Positions 1 to 10,328 of a DNA stretch of 64,000 nucleotides are shown here, in pieces. Positions within the stretch are counted from its first letter, which is position 1. The number at the start of each line of letters is the position of its first letter. The notes under the pieces were generated by a model, which was given only the letters and a program-made list of their open reading frames with translations, had not been told where the DNA came from and did no database searches. The translations under genes and the position numbers were made by a program. The stretch spans positions 2,427 to 66,426 of the forward strand of contig CACLJX010000008.1 of the NCBI GenBank assembly GCA_902607435.1. The letters are read 5' to 3'. Source of the stretch: an uncultured Alphaproteobacteria bacterium. GTDB lineage: Bacteria > Pseudomonadota > Alphaproteobacteria > HIMB59 > GCA-002718135.

Positions 1-621
1 TAAAATTCTAAGAGGATTAGTATGAATTTTTAATTTTGATTCATCAGATAAATCATTTTTATATTTGTCAAAATAACTAGATAATTTTTTTTTATATTCA
101 ACTAGTGTATCTAAATCTCCCAAAGAATTAAGATATAACTTTATTTTTTTATTTAAATTAATATTTTTTAAAAATTCACTTGCTAAAACAATTATTTCAG
201 TATCAGCAAATGAATCAGAGGATCCTAATATTTCAAAGTTTATTTGATTAAATTGTCTATATCTACCTCTCTGAGGTCTTTCTCTTCTAAACATAGGGCC
301 CATTCCAAAAAGCTTTAAAGGCAAATTATTTAATAAATTATTTGTAATTGCTGCTCTAATAATTGGGGTTGTGTATTCAGGTCGTAATGTTATCAAAGAT
401 TGATTACGATCCTCAAAAGTATACATTTCTTTAAGTACAACATCTGAAAGTTGTCCAAGTGGTTTTTGAAATAATTCACTTTTTTCAAATATAGGAGTAA
501 TGATTTCATTAAAATCATAATCATTTGCTATTTTAGAAATAATTTTTTCTATATGTTTGTACAAAAACAAATTTTTTCCAAATAAGTCATGAGTCCCTCT
601 AACTGGTAGTATTTTTGTCAT
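1..621 (-). CDS. hisS: Histidyl-tRNA synthetase, N-terminal part (truncated by window edge)
   Basis: Not in the ORF track. Hand translation from ATG at 621 gives [12 protein letters not shown]...EMYTF...LRPEYTT...[16 protein letters not shown] (class II motif 2). ATGA overlap with the ispG stop. Confidence 0.95.
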   Translation of the reverse strand, partial: MTKILPVRGTHDLFGKNLFLYKHIEKIISKIANDYDFNEIITPIFEKSELFQKPLGQLSDVVLKEMYTFEDRNQSLITLRPEYTTPIIRAAITNNLLNNLPLKLFGMGPMFRRERPQRGRYRQFNQINFEILGSSDSFADTEIIVLASEFLKNINLNKKIKLYLNSLGDLDTLVEYKKKLSSYFDKYKNDLSDESKLKIHTNPLRIL

Positions 622-1724
622 TGATTATTTTTTATTTGTTCTTTTTTTTTAGCTTTCTCTCTAATCAAAGAATCCAAATAAGAAACCAATTCTACATCTT
701 TTATTCTATGACCTTTTTTACCGTCTATATAGATCATATGTGTATTATTACCTCCACCCGTTATTCCAATTTCAGTCATAGTAGCCTCTCCAGGACCATT
801 TACAACACAACCAATGACAGAAACTGTTATTGGGGTTAAAATATCTTCAAGAGATTTTTCTAATTTTTTTACTATATCTATCACAGGAAACTGCTGTCGA
901 GCACAAGATGGGCATGATATAATTTTAACACCTCTATGTCTCAAATTTAAACTTTTTAAAATATCAAAGCCAACTTTAATTTCTTCTTCAGGTTCATCTG
1001 AAAGTGAAACTCTAATGGTATCTCCAATACCATTTAAAAGTAATTTTCCAATACCTATTGATGATTTAACTGAACCAAAACGTTTTCCCCCTGCTTCTGT
1101 AATTCCTAAATGAAAGGGATAATCACATTTTTTGGCAAGGATCTCGTATGATTTGACAGCTAAAAAAATATCTGATGCTTTTACACTAATTTTAAAATTA
1201 AAAAAATCATTATCCTCTAAAATTTTAATATTATTAATTGCACTTTCTACAAGGGCATCAGGATTAGGTTCGCCATACTTTTCTAATATTTTACGTTCTA
1301 AACTTCCTCCATTAATACCTATTCTTATTGAGCATTCGTGATCTTTAGCAGCTTTAATAACTTCTTTTACTTTATCTATAGAACCAATATTGCCAGGATT
1401 AATTCTAAGACAATCAGCTCCATTAATTGCTGATTCTATAGCTCTTTTATAATGAAAATGAATATCTGCTATTATAGGTAAGTTACTTTGTTTACAAATA
1501 ATCTTTAATGCTTCCGATGATTCTTGATCAGGAACAGAGATTCTTACAAGATCTGCTCCAACTCTTTCTATTCTTTTTATTTGTGAAAGTGTAGATTTTA
1601 TATCAGTAGTAAGCGTGTTTGTCATAGTTTGAACACTAACCGGTGCCCCATTCCCAATTTTGACTTTTCCAATATTAATAGAACGAGACTTACGTCTATC
1701 AATATTTTGATATGAACGGAGCAT
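618..1724 (-). CDS. ispG: (E)-4-hydroxy-3-methylbut-2-enyl-diphosphate synthase
   Basis: [26 protein letters not shown] and GCVVNGPGE Fe-S motifs. Confidence 0.97.
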   Translation of the reverse strand: MLRSYQNIDRRKSRSINIGKVKIGNGAPVSVQTMTNTLTTDIKSTLSQIKRIERVGADLVRISVPDQESSEALKIICKQSNLPIIADIHFHYKRAIESAINGADCLRINPGNIGSIDKVKEVIKAAKDHECSIRIGINGGSLERKILEKYGEPNPDALVESAINNIKILEDNDFFNFKISVKASDIFLAVKSYEILAKKCDYPFHLGITEAGGKRFGSVKSSIGIGKLLLNGIGDTIRVSLSDEPEEEIKVGFDILKSLNLRHRGVKIISCPSCARQQFPVIDIVKKLEKSLEDILTPITVSVIGCVVNGPGEATMTEIGITGGGNNTHMIYIDGKKGHRIKDVELVSYLDSLIREKAKKKEQIKNNQ

Positions 1725-1738
1725 AATATAAATATTTT

Positions 1739-2578
1739 TTAGTTAAAAAAATCAGAAGAAATAATTAATTTTTCTATTACTTCACCTTTTTTTCCTAACT
1801 TGCCTTTAACTTCACCATTAATTAAAACCATTAGATTGCCAGCATTACCCGCGGTAATCAAATACTCATCAAGGATATCATAACTATATTCATCATTTTT
1901 TTGCATCAAACTACTAAATATAATTTCATTATTAGAATTTCTTAACTGTATCCATGTTGGGGTAAGAGATTTAATTGTTACTAAGTCAACTAACATTTCA
2001 TCGTCTATAGAAGCTATAGCAGCAGTGGTATTTACATCTTTATTTAAATTATCTCTACTAATTAAAAACTGATTATTAGATTCATCTTTTAATAAATCTT
2101 TTCTTTCTTTTTTTAATTCTGTTAAAGCATTAGTAAATTCAATTTCTTCAATTCGAGCTTGAATATTTTCTGAAATCTCTGGTGTAATAGCATATTTAGG
2201 AAAAAAATCATTATCAACAATAAACAAAAAATAAAAAGACAATGATAAAGATATAACTCCTAAAATAGAAATTAATTTATTAGATAAAAAAAAGTTAAAT
2301 GATTCAATAGGTTTTTTAATTTTCATTGGTACTTTTTGATTAGCAAAAAATACCTGTTCTTTGTAAAGCTTTACGATATCATCAGCATTCAAATCTAAAT
2401 AATTTGAATAAGAACGAATATATCCAATAGTATACGCCTCTCCATGTATGTTTGAAAAATCATCGTTTTCGATAGACTCAAGAATATAAACAGAAATATT
2501 AAGGCTGTTAGATACGCTGTTAAGAGATAGGTGCTTGCTTTCTCTTGTTTTCTTTAAATTTCCTCCAATTAATTCCAT
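1739..2578 (-). CDS. rodZ: RodZ-like protein (HTH, one TM helix, C-terminal DUF4115-like domain)
   Basis: N-terminal HTH with [10 protein letters not shown], central TM segment, C-terminal GNAG motif; upstream of ispG. Confidence 0.85.
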   Translation of the reverse strand: MELIGGNLKKTRESKHLSLNSVSNSLNISVYILESIENDDFSNIHGEAYTIGYIRSYSNYLDLNADDIVKLYKEQVFFANQKVPMKIKKPIESFNFFLSNKLISILGVISLSLSFYFLFIVDNDFFPKYAITPEISENIQARIEEIEFTNALTELKKERKDLLKDESNNQFLISRDNLNKDVNTTAAIASIDDEMLVDLVTIKSLTPTWIQLRNSNNEIIFSSLMQKNDEYSYDILDEYLITAGNAGNLMVLINGEVKGKLGKKGEVIEKLIISSDFFN

Positions 2579-2614
2579 AACCTTTGTATATTTACTTTAT
2601 ATAAAATAGTAAAT

Positions 2615-3838
2615 CTAATTCAGGATTTTATTACTAAGTTTATATTCTTTATGAAGAGATTTAATAGCTTTTTCTGTATATTTTTGTTCAATCAGAACGC
2701 TGATTTTTATTTCTGAAGTAGAAATTGCTAGTATATTGATTTTATTATCAGCTAAAGTCTGGAACATTTTCTGGGCTACTCCAGATTGTGATTTCATTCC
2801 CATCCCAATCACAGATACTTTAGCTACATTTGAATCTGAAGTGATAGATTTATAATTTATCTCTAATTTACTTTTTTCTAAAAGATTCATTGCTATGCCT
2901 ACTTCATTTGATTGAACTGTAAAAGTCATATTAGCACTAATTCCATCTTGAGAAATATTCTGAACAATCATATCAACATTAATATTATTTTTTGAAAGAA
3001 TTCCAAAAATAGTTGCTGATATACCTGGTTGATCTGGTACACCAGATATTGTTATTTTGGATTCATTTTTACTATAAGATATGCCGCTTATTATTTCTTT
3101 TTCGATTAGCTTTTCTTCATTAACAAGCATAGTACCTTTAGAATTTACAATAGAAGAAAGCACTTGAAGATTAACATTATTTTTCATTGCTAGTTCTACA
3201 GATCTTGTTTGAAGGATTCTAGAACCTAAAGATGACATTTCCAGCATTTCTTCATAGGAAATTTTATCAATTTTAATAGCTGAGTTGTCTATTTTTGGAT
3301 CTATTGAATAGACTCCTTCAACATCTGTATAAATATCACATCTTTTTGCTTTTAATGCTATTGCTATTGCTACAGCTGAAGTATCTGAACCTCCTCTACC
3401 TAATGAAGCAATTTTACCTTCAAGGCTAATGCCTTGAAAGCCAGCTACTACCACTACATCAAATTCTTTTAAATTTTTTTTAATTTCTTTATCTAGGATA
3501 TTTAATATCTTTGCTTTTCCATAGGAATTGTCAGTTATTATTGGAATTTGCCATCCAAGCATAGGATTACTCTTTATATTTTTTTTATTCAAAATCATTG
3601 AAAGTAAAGCAACAGAAACCTGTTCTCCAGAAGTAATGACCATGTCTGTTTCTGGAGAATTAGTATAATTAACTTCGTCAATTAACTTCTGCAAATTATC
3701 AGTAACACCAGCCATTGCTGATAGTACTACAATCACCTTAAAATTTTTATATTCATTCTCTATAATTGAAGCTACTTTTCGAATACGATCGAGATCTGCT
3801 ACAGATGTGCCTCCAAATTTCATAACAAGTATCTTCAT
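2615..3838 (-). CDS. lysC: Aspartate kinase
   Basis: KFGGTSV, LGRGGSDTSA, TDVEGVY, two C-terminal ACT domains. Confidence 0.96.
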   Translation of the reverse strand: MKILVMKFGGTSVADLDRIRKVASIIENEYKNFKVIVVLSAMAGVTDNLQKLIDEVNYTNSPETDMVITSGEQVSVALLSMILNKKNIKSNPMLGWQIPIITDNSYGKAKILNILDKEIKKNLKEFDVVVVAGFQGISLEGKIASLGRGGSDTSAVAIAIALKAKRCDIYTDVEGVYSIDPKIDNSAIKIDKISYEEMLEMSSLGSRILQTRSVELAMKNNVNLQVLSSIVNSKGTMLVNEEKLIEKEIISGISYSKNESKITISGVPDQPGISATIFGILSKNNINVDMIVQNISQDGISANMTFTVQSNEVGIAMNLLEKSKLEINYKSITSDSNVAKVSVIGMGMKSQSGVAQKMFQTLADNKINILAISTSEIKISVLIEQKYTEKAIKSLHKEYKLSNKILN

Positions 3839-3907
3839 TGACTTAGTATTTTTTTATATTAAATTGAATTAGCTCCATATTATTTTTAAACGCAACTAAC
3901 AAGTTTT

Positions 3908-4642
3908 ATGATTAACAAAATTAATGAAAACAAAGAATTTGATCATTTTCAAGACCTTGCTAATGAATGGTGGCATCCAGAAGGTAAATTTAAAATTTTA
4001 CACACAATAACACCTTTAAGAATAAATTATATTAAAAAAAATGTTAAAAATTACCAAAAAAATAAAAATATAAAAAATATCCCCTTTTTTAATTTGGATA
4101 TCCTTGACTTAGGATGTGGTGGGGGTCTTATTTGTGAACCTCTTTGTAGATTGGGAGCAAATGTTACAGGAGTTGATTTTGTGACAAAAAATATAAAAGT
4201 TGCTAAACAGCATGCCCTTAAATCCAATTTGGATATTGAATATTTTAAACAAGATTTATCTTCTCTAAATCTAAAAAAAAAATATGATGTGATACTGCTT
4301 CTTGAAGTAATTGAACATCTAGATAATTGGAAAAAAATAATTACCAGAAGTTTAAAATATTTAAAACCAAAGGGGAGAATTATATTTTCTTCAATAAACA
4401 GAACTATTACATCAAAAATATTTGCTATATTTCTTACAGAGCAAATCTTACACTGGATTCCAAAAAAAACACATACTTATAATAAATTAGTAAAACCTGA
4501 AGAATTAATATTATTTATTGAAAAAAACAAAATGAAAACAATTAATACAACTGGTCTATTTTTTAATCCAATTACTAGGGAATGGTCTTTGAACAATAAA
4601 AAAATGAAAATAAATTATTTTTGTACAGCAGAAAAAATTTAA
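3908..4642 (+). CDS. ubiG: Ubiquinone biosynthesis O-methyltransferase
   Basis: WW..G.FK.LH, LDLGCGGGL, EVIEH motifs; divergent from lysC as in alphaproteobacteria. Confidence 0.93.
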   Translation: MINKINENKEFDHFQDLANEWWHPEGKFKILHTITPLRINYIKKNVKNYQKNKNIKNIPFFNLDILDLGCGGGLICEPLCRLGANVTGVDFVTKNIKVAKQHALKSNLDIEYFKQDLSSLNLKKKYDVILLLEVIEHLDNWKKIITRSLKYLKPKGRIIFSSINRTITSKIFAIFLTEQILHWIPKKTHTYNKLVKPEELILFIEKNKMKTINTTGLFFNPITREWSLNNKKMKINYFCTAEKI

Positions 4643-5055
4643 TTTGTTTTTTTTGCGGACATCCAAGGCAATGGCATAACCTGTATTTCTTCTTCCATTA
4701 ATTCTTTAGTCTGTTCTAAGCTTGCTTCCCCATAAATAGGTCGATCTTTTGCTTCTTCATATTTAATTTTTTTAGCTTCTTCAGTAAAATTATCGCCTAC
4801 ATAGTCAAAATTCTTTTCAATAATTTTTCTATATTTATTAACATCATTTATCATTGCTTTTTTTAATTTACTTTTTTTTGAATTCTCTTTTTTTGAAAGA
4901 TTAGGTGCCATCAATGATTTATTTACAGATGCACTATTGCAACTTGGGCAAAGCAATAAATTTTTTCTTTTCTGTTTTTCAAATTCTTTTGAACTATCAA
5001 ACCAGCCCTCGAATTCAGTTTTACATGTTTTGCATATAAGATTAAAATTAATCAT
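4639..5055 (-). CDS. DUF1178 family protein
   Basis: MI.F.L.C...EFEGWF...CPSC...MAP, then DYVG.NF.EEA...RPIYGEA. Confidence 0.88.
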   Translation of the reverse strand: MINFNLICKTCKTEFEGWFDSSKEFEKQKRKNLLLCPSCNSASVNKSLMAPNLSKKENSKKSKLKKAMINDVNKYRKIIEKNFDYVGDNFTEEAKKIKYEEAKDRPIYGEASLEQTKELMEEEIQVMPLPWMSAKKTN

Positions 5056-5111
5056 TTCTTTTAATATTGTCTTTTTATTTTTTTTTTCAATGTTTTTTAG
5101 CGATAAAATGA

Positions 5112-5567
5112 CTATTCAGTTGTAATTGATAAAATAATAGATTTTTTATTAGTGTTTTCGCTAATAATAGTATTATGACTAATAACTGTACCTACGTTTT
5201 TTATTATAGTAAATTTGACTGATTTATTCGGTTTATACTTATCAAAAATTGATAATATTTTACTTCCTTCTAGCACTATGTTTAAAGTTTCTTTTTGAAT
5301 ACTCTGTTTAATTGTAGAGGCAGATTTCTCATAATAATTGATATTATAACTAATTGGTCTGTTATTAAAAACTTGCTTTTTTGAAAGTGTCCCCTGATTC
5401 ATTAATTCCGATTTTAAATCTTGCATAATATTTTTATCTAATACAACTAGTTTTTCAATCAATTTAACTTTGATAACTTCAAGATAATTTATACCAACAA
5501 TTTTTTCATTTATAGAATTATTAATTTCAATTAATAAATTATCTAAAAATTCTATAAAAGGATTCAT
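5112..5567 (-). CDS. Hypothetical protein (possible degenerate cupin-like fold)
   Basis: 151-aa ORF starting 2 bp after the argJ stop; no recognisable motif. Confidence 0.6.
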   Translation of the reverse strand: MNPFIEFLDNLLIEINNSINEKIVGINYLEVIKVKLIEKLVVLDKNIMQDLKSELMNQGTLSKKQVFNNRPISYNINYYEKSASTIKQSIQKETLNIVLEGSKILSIFDKYKPNKSVKFTIIKNVGTVISHNTIISENTNKKSIILSITTE

Positions 5568-5569
5568 AT

Positions 5570-6787
5570 TTAAGATCGATAATCTGCATTAATTATTATA
5601 TATTCTTTTGTTAAATCAGATGACCAAACTGTTTTCTTACTTTTTCCTAAATTAAGATTAAGATTTACTCTAATAATATTATTTTTCACATATTTATTTA
5701 ATTTCTTTATATTAATTTTTTCAGCCATTGTACCATTTTTTGCCACAATAAAATTTCCAAATTTTAAAATTAATTTATTTTGATTGATTTTTTCACATGC
5801 TTTACCAATAGCCATAATTATTCTGCCCCAATTTGCATCCTCACCGAAAACTGCAGTTTTGACAAGAAGTGATTCAGCTATCGAAAATGCAATGTTAGAA
5901 GCCTGATTTATATTTTTTGCCTTTATAACATTTACTTCTATTAATTTAGATATACCTTCTCCATCACAAACGATTTGTTTTGATAAATTTAACATTATGC
6001 TTCTAACTCCTAAAGAAATAGATTGAATAAATTTAGAATCTTTTTTTAATAATATATTTTTATTTTCTAAAGAAAAAAGCATAACAGTGTCATTGGTGGA
6101 GGTATCTCCATCAACAGAAATTGAATTAAAAGTTGAATCAATATGTTCAGTCAAAATTTTATTTAATTCAACTTTGCTAAGAGGTGCTTCAATAAAAATG
6201 TATGATAGCATCGTTCCCATTTTAGGCGCTATCATGCCAGATCCCTTAGCTATACCAAAAATTCTTATTTTATCTTTTTTATTTTTAACAATTACTTTTG
6301 CAATTTTAGGATAAGTATCTGTTGTCATTATTGCTTTCGCCGCTTCTAAAATATTTTTTGAAGAAGTATTTTTAAGAAGATTCAATTTATTAATAATTAA
6401 ATCAGAATTAAGTTGTTCACCTATAACGCCAGTTGAAGAAACAAAAACTTCACTAATTTTACAATTGAATAATGTTGAAGCAACTTTTGTATAACTTTTT
6501 ATAGCATTTAATCCTTTTATTCCAGTAAATGCATTTGCATTACCTGAATTGACAATTAATATTTTACATAAATTTTTATCAATTTTTCTATCCCATATAA
6601 CTGGAGCTGAAGGTGTAGAGGATAGTGTATAAACAGCAGACATAGGAACTAATTTATCAAATACAATTACAAGAAGATCATTGTTGTAGTTCTTAAAACC
6701 AGCTTTAAATGTATAGATTTCAAAATGTAATGGTTTAAATTTAGCAAAGTTTTTTGGTTTAAAGGGAGATATATATTTTTTTTTCAT
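5570..6787 (-). CDS. argJ: Ornithine acetyltransferase / N-acetylglutamate synthase
   Basis: NSGNANAFTG, STGVIG, IMTTDT, KGSGMIAP.M.TML, DGDTSTND, DGEG, NADYRS. Confidence 0.96.
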   Translation of the reverse strand: MKKKYISPFKPKNFAKFKPLHFEIYTFKAGFKNYNNDLLVIVFDKLVPMSAVYTLSSTPSAPVIWDRKIDKNLCKILIVNSGNANAFTGIKGLNAIKSYTKVASTLFNCKISEVFVSSTGVIGEQLNSDLIINKLNLLKNTSSKNILEAAKAIMTTDTYPKIAKVIVKNKKDKIRIFGIAKGSGMIAPKMGTMLSYIFIEAPLSKVELNKILTEHIDSTFNSISVDGDTSTNDTVMLFSLENKNILLKKDSKFIQSISLGVRSIMLNLSKQIVCDGEGISKLIEVNVIKAKNINQASNIAFSIAESLLVKTAVFGEDANWGRIIMAIGKACEKINQNKLILKFGNFIVAKNGTMAEKINIKKLNKYVKNNIIRVNLNLNLGKSKKTVWSSDLTKEYIIINADYRS

Positions 6788-6870
6788 TATTATAATTTTA
6801 AATTTCGTAAAATATTAAAAACTTTATAGAAGAATAACAGCTCATATGCTATCAGCATTTTACCATAAAA

Positions 6871-9396
6871 ATGCTAAATTTTGTAAATAAGTTATTTGGA
6901 TCTTCAAGTTCAAGAAAATTAAAATCATACTCAAAATTAGTTGAAACAATTAACAATTTTGAAGACAAAATAAAATTGCTGTCTGATTCAGACTTAAAAA
7001 ATAAAACAAATGAATTTAGAAAGAAAATTTCAGATGGTTCTACTCTTGATGAAATTTTACCAGAAGCATTTGCTGTAGTAAGAGAATCATCTATTCGAAC
7101 AATTAATTTAAGACATTATGACGTGCAAATGATTGGAGGCATTGTTCTTCATAGAAATATGATTGCAGAAATGAAAACTGGGGAAGGGAAAACTTTAGTT
7201 GCTACACTTGCTGCTTATCTAAACTCATTTAGTAATAAACCTGTACATATAATAACAGTTAATGATTATTTGGCTAAAAGAGATTCCAAATGGATGGGAG
7301 AAATATACAGTTTTTTAGGATTAAGTGTGGGTTGTATAACCTCGTCTACATCTCTCGAAGATAAATTAAAAGAATATAAGGCTGACATTGTTTATGCGAC
7401 TAATCATGAAATTGGCTTCGATTACCTTCGCGACAATCTAAAAAGTAATTATGATATATTATTTTTTAAGTCACCTGGATATGCAATAATTGACGAAGTA
7501 GACAGCATACTCATTGATGAAGCCAGAACACCTTTGATTATATCAGGTGAATCACAAAGTTCTGTTGATTTGTATCCAAAAATTAATTCTTTGGTAAAAT
7601 TTTTAAAAGAAAAAGATTATGAATTAAATGAAGAAAATAGAACAGCTCTTTTAACTAATAAAGGTATGGAAATAATAGAGAATTTATTAAAAAAAGAAGG
7701 ATTGATTATAAATGGCACTCTACAAGATTTAGATAATTTTTCTTTTAATCACAACATAAATCAAGCTTTAAGAGCTCAAAAACTTTTTATTAAAGATAAA
7801 GATTACATAATAATGAATAATAAAATTGTAATTATTGACGATCTAAGTGGGAGACCAATGGAAGGTCGAAGATATGGTGATGGACTACATCAGGCTATTG
7901 AAGCTAAAGAAAATTTATCAATACAGAAAGAAAACCAAACAATTGCTTCTATTACATACCAAAATTTTTTTAAAACATATGAGAAATTAAGCGGTATGAC
8001 TGGTACTGCAACTACAGAAGCTGCTGAATTTGAAGGTATTTATAATCTTGAAGTTGTTGAAATTCCTCCAAACGTTCCAGTAAATCGTAAAGATCTTGAA
8101 GATCAAATTTTCATGACCAAAAAAGAAAAATATAATGCTATTTTGAAATTAGTTAAAGAAAGATTTGTAATAAAACAGCCGATATTAATTGGCACAACAT
8201 CAGTTGAAAATTCAGAAATTTTATCAAAACTTTTAGATACAAATAACATTCCACACAACATACTAAATGCTAAGTTTCATCAAAAAGAAGCAGAAATAAT
8301 AAAAGAAGCAGGTAGACCTGGTAAGGTTACCATATCTACTAATATGGCAGGTAGAGGAACAGATATCAAACTTGGGGGAGTAGAAGATGATAACGATGAA
8401 CTAAGAAATCTAGCTATTAAAGCAGGCGGCTTATTAATAATTGGAACTGAAAGACATGAAAGTAGAAGAATAGATAATCAGCTCCGAGGACGCTCTGGAC
8501 GTCAAGGAGATATTGGTGAAAGTATATTTTATTTATCTTTAGAAGACGATCTTATGAGAATTTTTGGTTCTAAGACTTTAGAAAATGTTTTATCTAAATT
8601 AGGAATTAAAGAAGGGGAAGCTATAACTCATAGTTTAATAACAAAATCCTTAGAAAGAGCTCAACAAAAAGTTGAATCTCATAATTATGATATAAGAAAA
8701 CAAATTCTTAAATTTGATGATATTCTTAATGATCAAAGAATGATTATCTATAAGAATAGAAAAGATATTCTTTCATCCCAAGATCATTCAGAAACTATTA
8801 ATGAAATGACCTTAGATATAATAGATAATTTAATTGTTGAAGCAATACCTCCTAAAAAATATTCTCATGAATGGAATGGACAATTATTAATAGATAAAGT
8901 GCAAGACATATTTAAAATAAATTTACCTATAAATGATTGGATTAACGAAGAAGGTGTTGATGATGAAGAAATTAAAAAAAGATTAATCGATCAAATCAAT
9001 CAAAAATACCAAGAGAAAAAAAATCAATATTCTGATGATTTAGTCAAATTTGCTGAGAAAAGAATTATGCTTTTCCAAATAGATAAAGATTGGAGAGATC
9101 ATTTAGCAGCTATGGATGCTCTGCGGAGCAGTGTAAATCTTAGAGCCATGGGTGGAAAAGATCCTTTTTATGAATATAAAAAAGAATCATTTGATTACTT
9201 TGATGAAATGTTATCAAACCAAAATGAAAAAGTTATTAAAAATCTTTTTAATATTGAGCTTGTTGCAACAAATAAAGATCCTAAAAATAAAATTATAAAA
9301 AAAGTAAGCAATTCTTATATAGGTAAAAAAATACCTAGAAATGCACCGTGTCCTTGTGGTTCAGGCAAAAAATACAAACATTGTCATGGTGCTTAA
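6871..9396 (+). CDS. secA: Preprotein translocase ATPase
   Basis: MKTGEGKT, DEVDSILIDEARTPL, NMAGRGTDI, QLRGRSGRQGD, C-terminal CPCGSGKKYKHCH. Confidence 0.99.
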   Translation: MLNFVNKLFGSSSSRKLKSYSKLVETINNFEDKIKLLSDSDLKNKTNEFRKKISDGSTLDEILPEAFAVVRESSIRTINLRHYDVQMIGGIVLHRNMIAEMKTGEGKTLVATLAAYLNSFSNKPVHIITVNDYLAKRDSKWMGEIYSFLGLSVGCITSSTSLEDKLKEYKADIVYATNHEIGFDYLRDNLKSNYDILFFKSPGYAIIDEVDSILIDEARTPLIISGESQSSVDLYPKINSLVKFLKEKDYELNEENRTALLTNKGMEIIENLLKKEGLIINGTLQDLDNFSFNHNINQALRAQKLFIKDKDYIIMNNKIVIIDDLSGRPMEGRRYGDGLHQAIEAKENLSIQKENQTIASITYQNFFKTYEKLSGMTGTATTEAAEFEGIYNLEVVEIPPNVPVNRKDLEDQIFMTKKEKYNAILKLVKERFVIKQPILIGTTSVENSEILSKLLDTNNIPHNILNAKFHQKEAEIIKEAGRPGKVTISTNMAGRGTDIKLGGVEDDNDELRNLAIKAGGLLIIGTERHESRRIDNQLRGRSGRQGDIGESIFYLSLEDDLMRIFGSKTLENVLSKLGIKEGEAITHSLITKSLERAQQKVESHNYDIRKQILKFDDILNDQRMIIYKNRKDILSSQDHSETINEMTLDIIDNLIVEAIPPKKYSHEWNGQLLIDKVQDIFKINLPINDWINEEGVDDEEIKKRLIDQINQKYQEKKNQYSDDLVKFAEKRIMLFQIDKDWRDHLAAMDALRSSVNLRAMGGKDPFYEYKKESFDYFDEMLSNQNEKVIKNLFNIELVATNKDPKNKIIKKVSNSYIGKKIPRNAPCPCGSGKKYKHCHGA

Positions 9397-10328
9397 TCAT
9401 TTGTGATATTTAAAAATTTCTCATTTCTTTGTTCAATAATATTTTCTAAAGGAATATTTATTAATTTTTGAATCTTAGAACTTAATATTTCTTTTAATAT
9501 TGCATACTGCTCTTCTCTAAACCGATGAGCCCCACCGGGCTTTTCAGGAATTATTTCATCAATAATATTTAGGTTAAAACATTCTTTTGCAGTTAATTTT
9601 AAAGAGTCAGCTGCTTTATTAACTGCATTAGAATCCCGCCACAATATTGAAGCACATCCTTCGGGAGAAATTACAGAATATATAGAATTTTCAAGCATCA
9701 TAACAATATCTGCTGTTGCCAATGCTATTGCCCCCCCAGAACCTCCTTCTCCTATAATAACTGATATGATAGGTGTTTTTACCCGTAAACTTCTAGCTAT
9801 AGAAGATGCAATAGACTCAGATTGACCTCTTTCTTCTGCCTCTTTACCTGGAAAAGCTCCGGCAGTATCAACCAACGTTACAATAGGGATTCTAAACTTT
9901 TCAGCTAAACTAAATAATCTCTGTGCTTTCCTATAACCCTCTGGTTTTGCCATACCAAAGTTGTGTTTAATTCGAGTCTCCATATGATTCCCTTTTTCTG
10001 TACCTATAACCATAATTGATAAATTTTCTAATTTTGCTAAACCCCCTACTATAGCTTGATCATCAGAAAATTTTTTATCTCCAGCTAGAGGAATAAAATC
10101 TTTAAAAATATTATTAATATAATCAAGAGAGTGAGGTCTGTTTGAATGTCTTGCTACCTGAACTTTTTCCCAAGGAGTTAGCTTTAAATATATTTTTTTA
10201 TAAAGATTTTCTTTTTCTTCTATATAATTATTAATTAAGTTTTGATTTTTTGGTTCGGTATTATTTAATGCTTCGATATTTTTAGTTATATCTTCAATAG
10301 GTTTTTCAAAATCAAAATAATCAACCAT
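9393..10328 (-). CDS. accA: Acetyl-CoA carboxylase carboxyltransferase alpha subunit
   Basis: DFEKPI, ARH..RP, NFGM.KPEGYRKA, GEGGSGGA, YSVISPEG. Confidence 0.97.
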   Translation of the reverse strand: MVDYFDFEKPIEDITKNIEALNNTEPKNQNLINNYIEEKENLYKKIYLKLTPWEKVQVARHSNRPHSLDYINNIFKDFIPLAGDKKFSDDQAIVGGLAKLENLSIMVIGTEKGNHMETRIKHNFGMAKPEGYRKAQRLFSLAEKFRIPIVTLVDTAGAFPGKEAEERGQSESIASSIARSLRVKTPIISVIIGEGGSGGAIALATADIVMMLENSIYSVISPEGCASILWRDSNAVNKAADSLKLTAKECFNLNIIDEIIPEKPGGAHRFREEQYAILKEILSSKIQKLINIPLENIIEQRNEKFLNITND

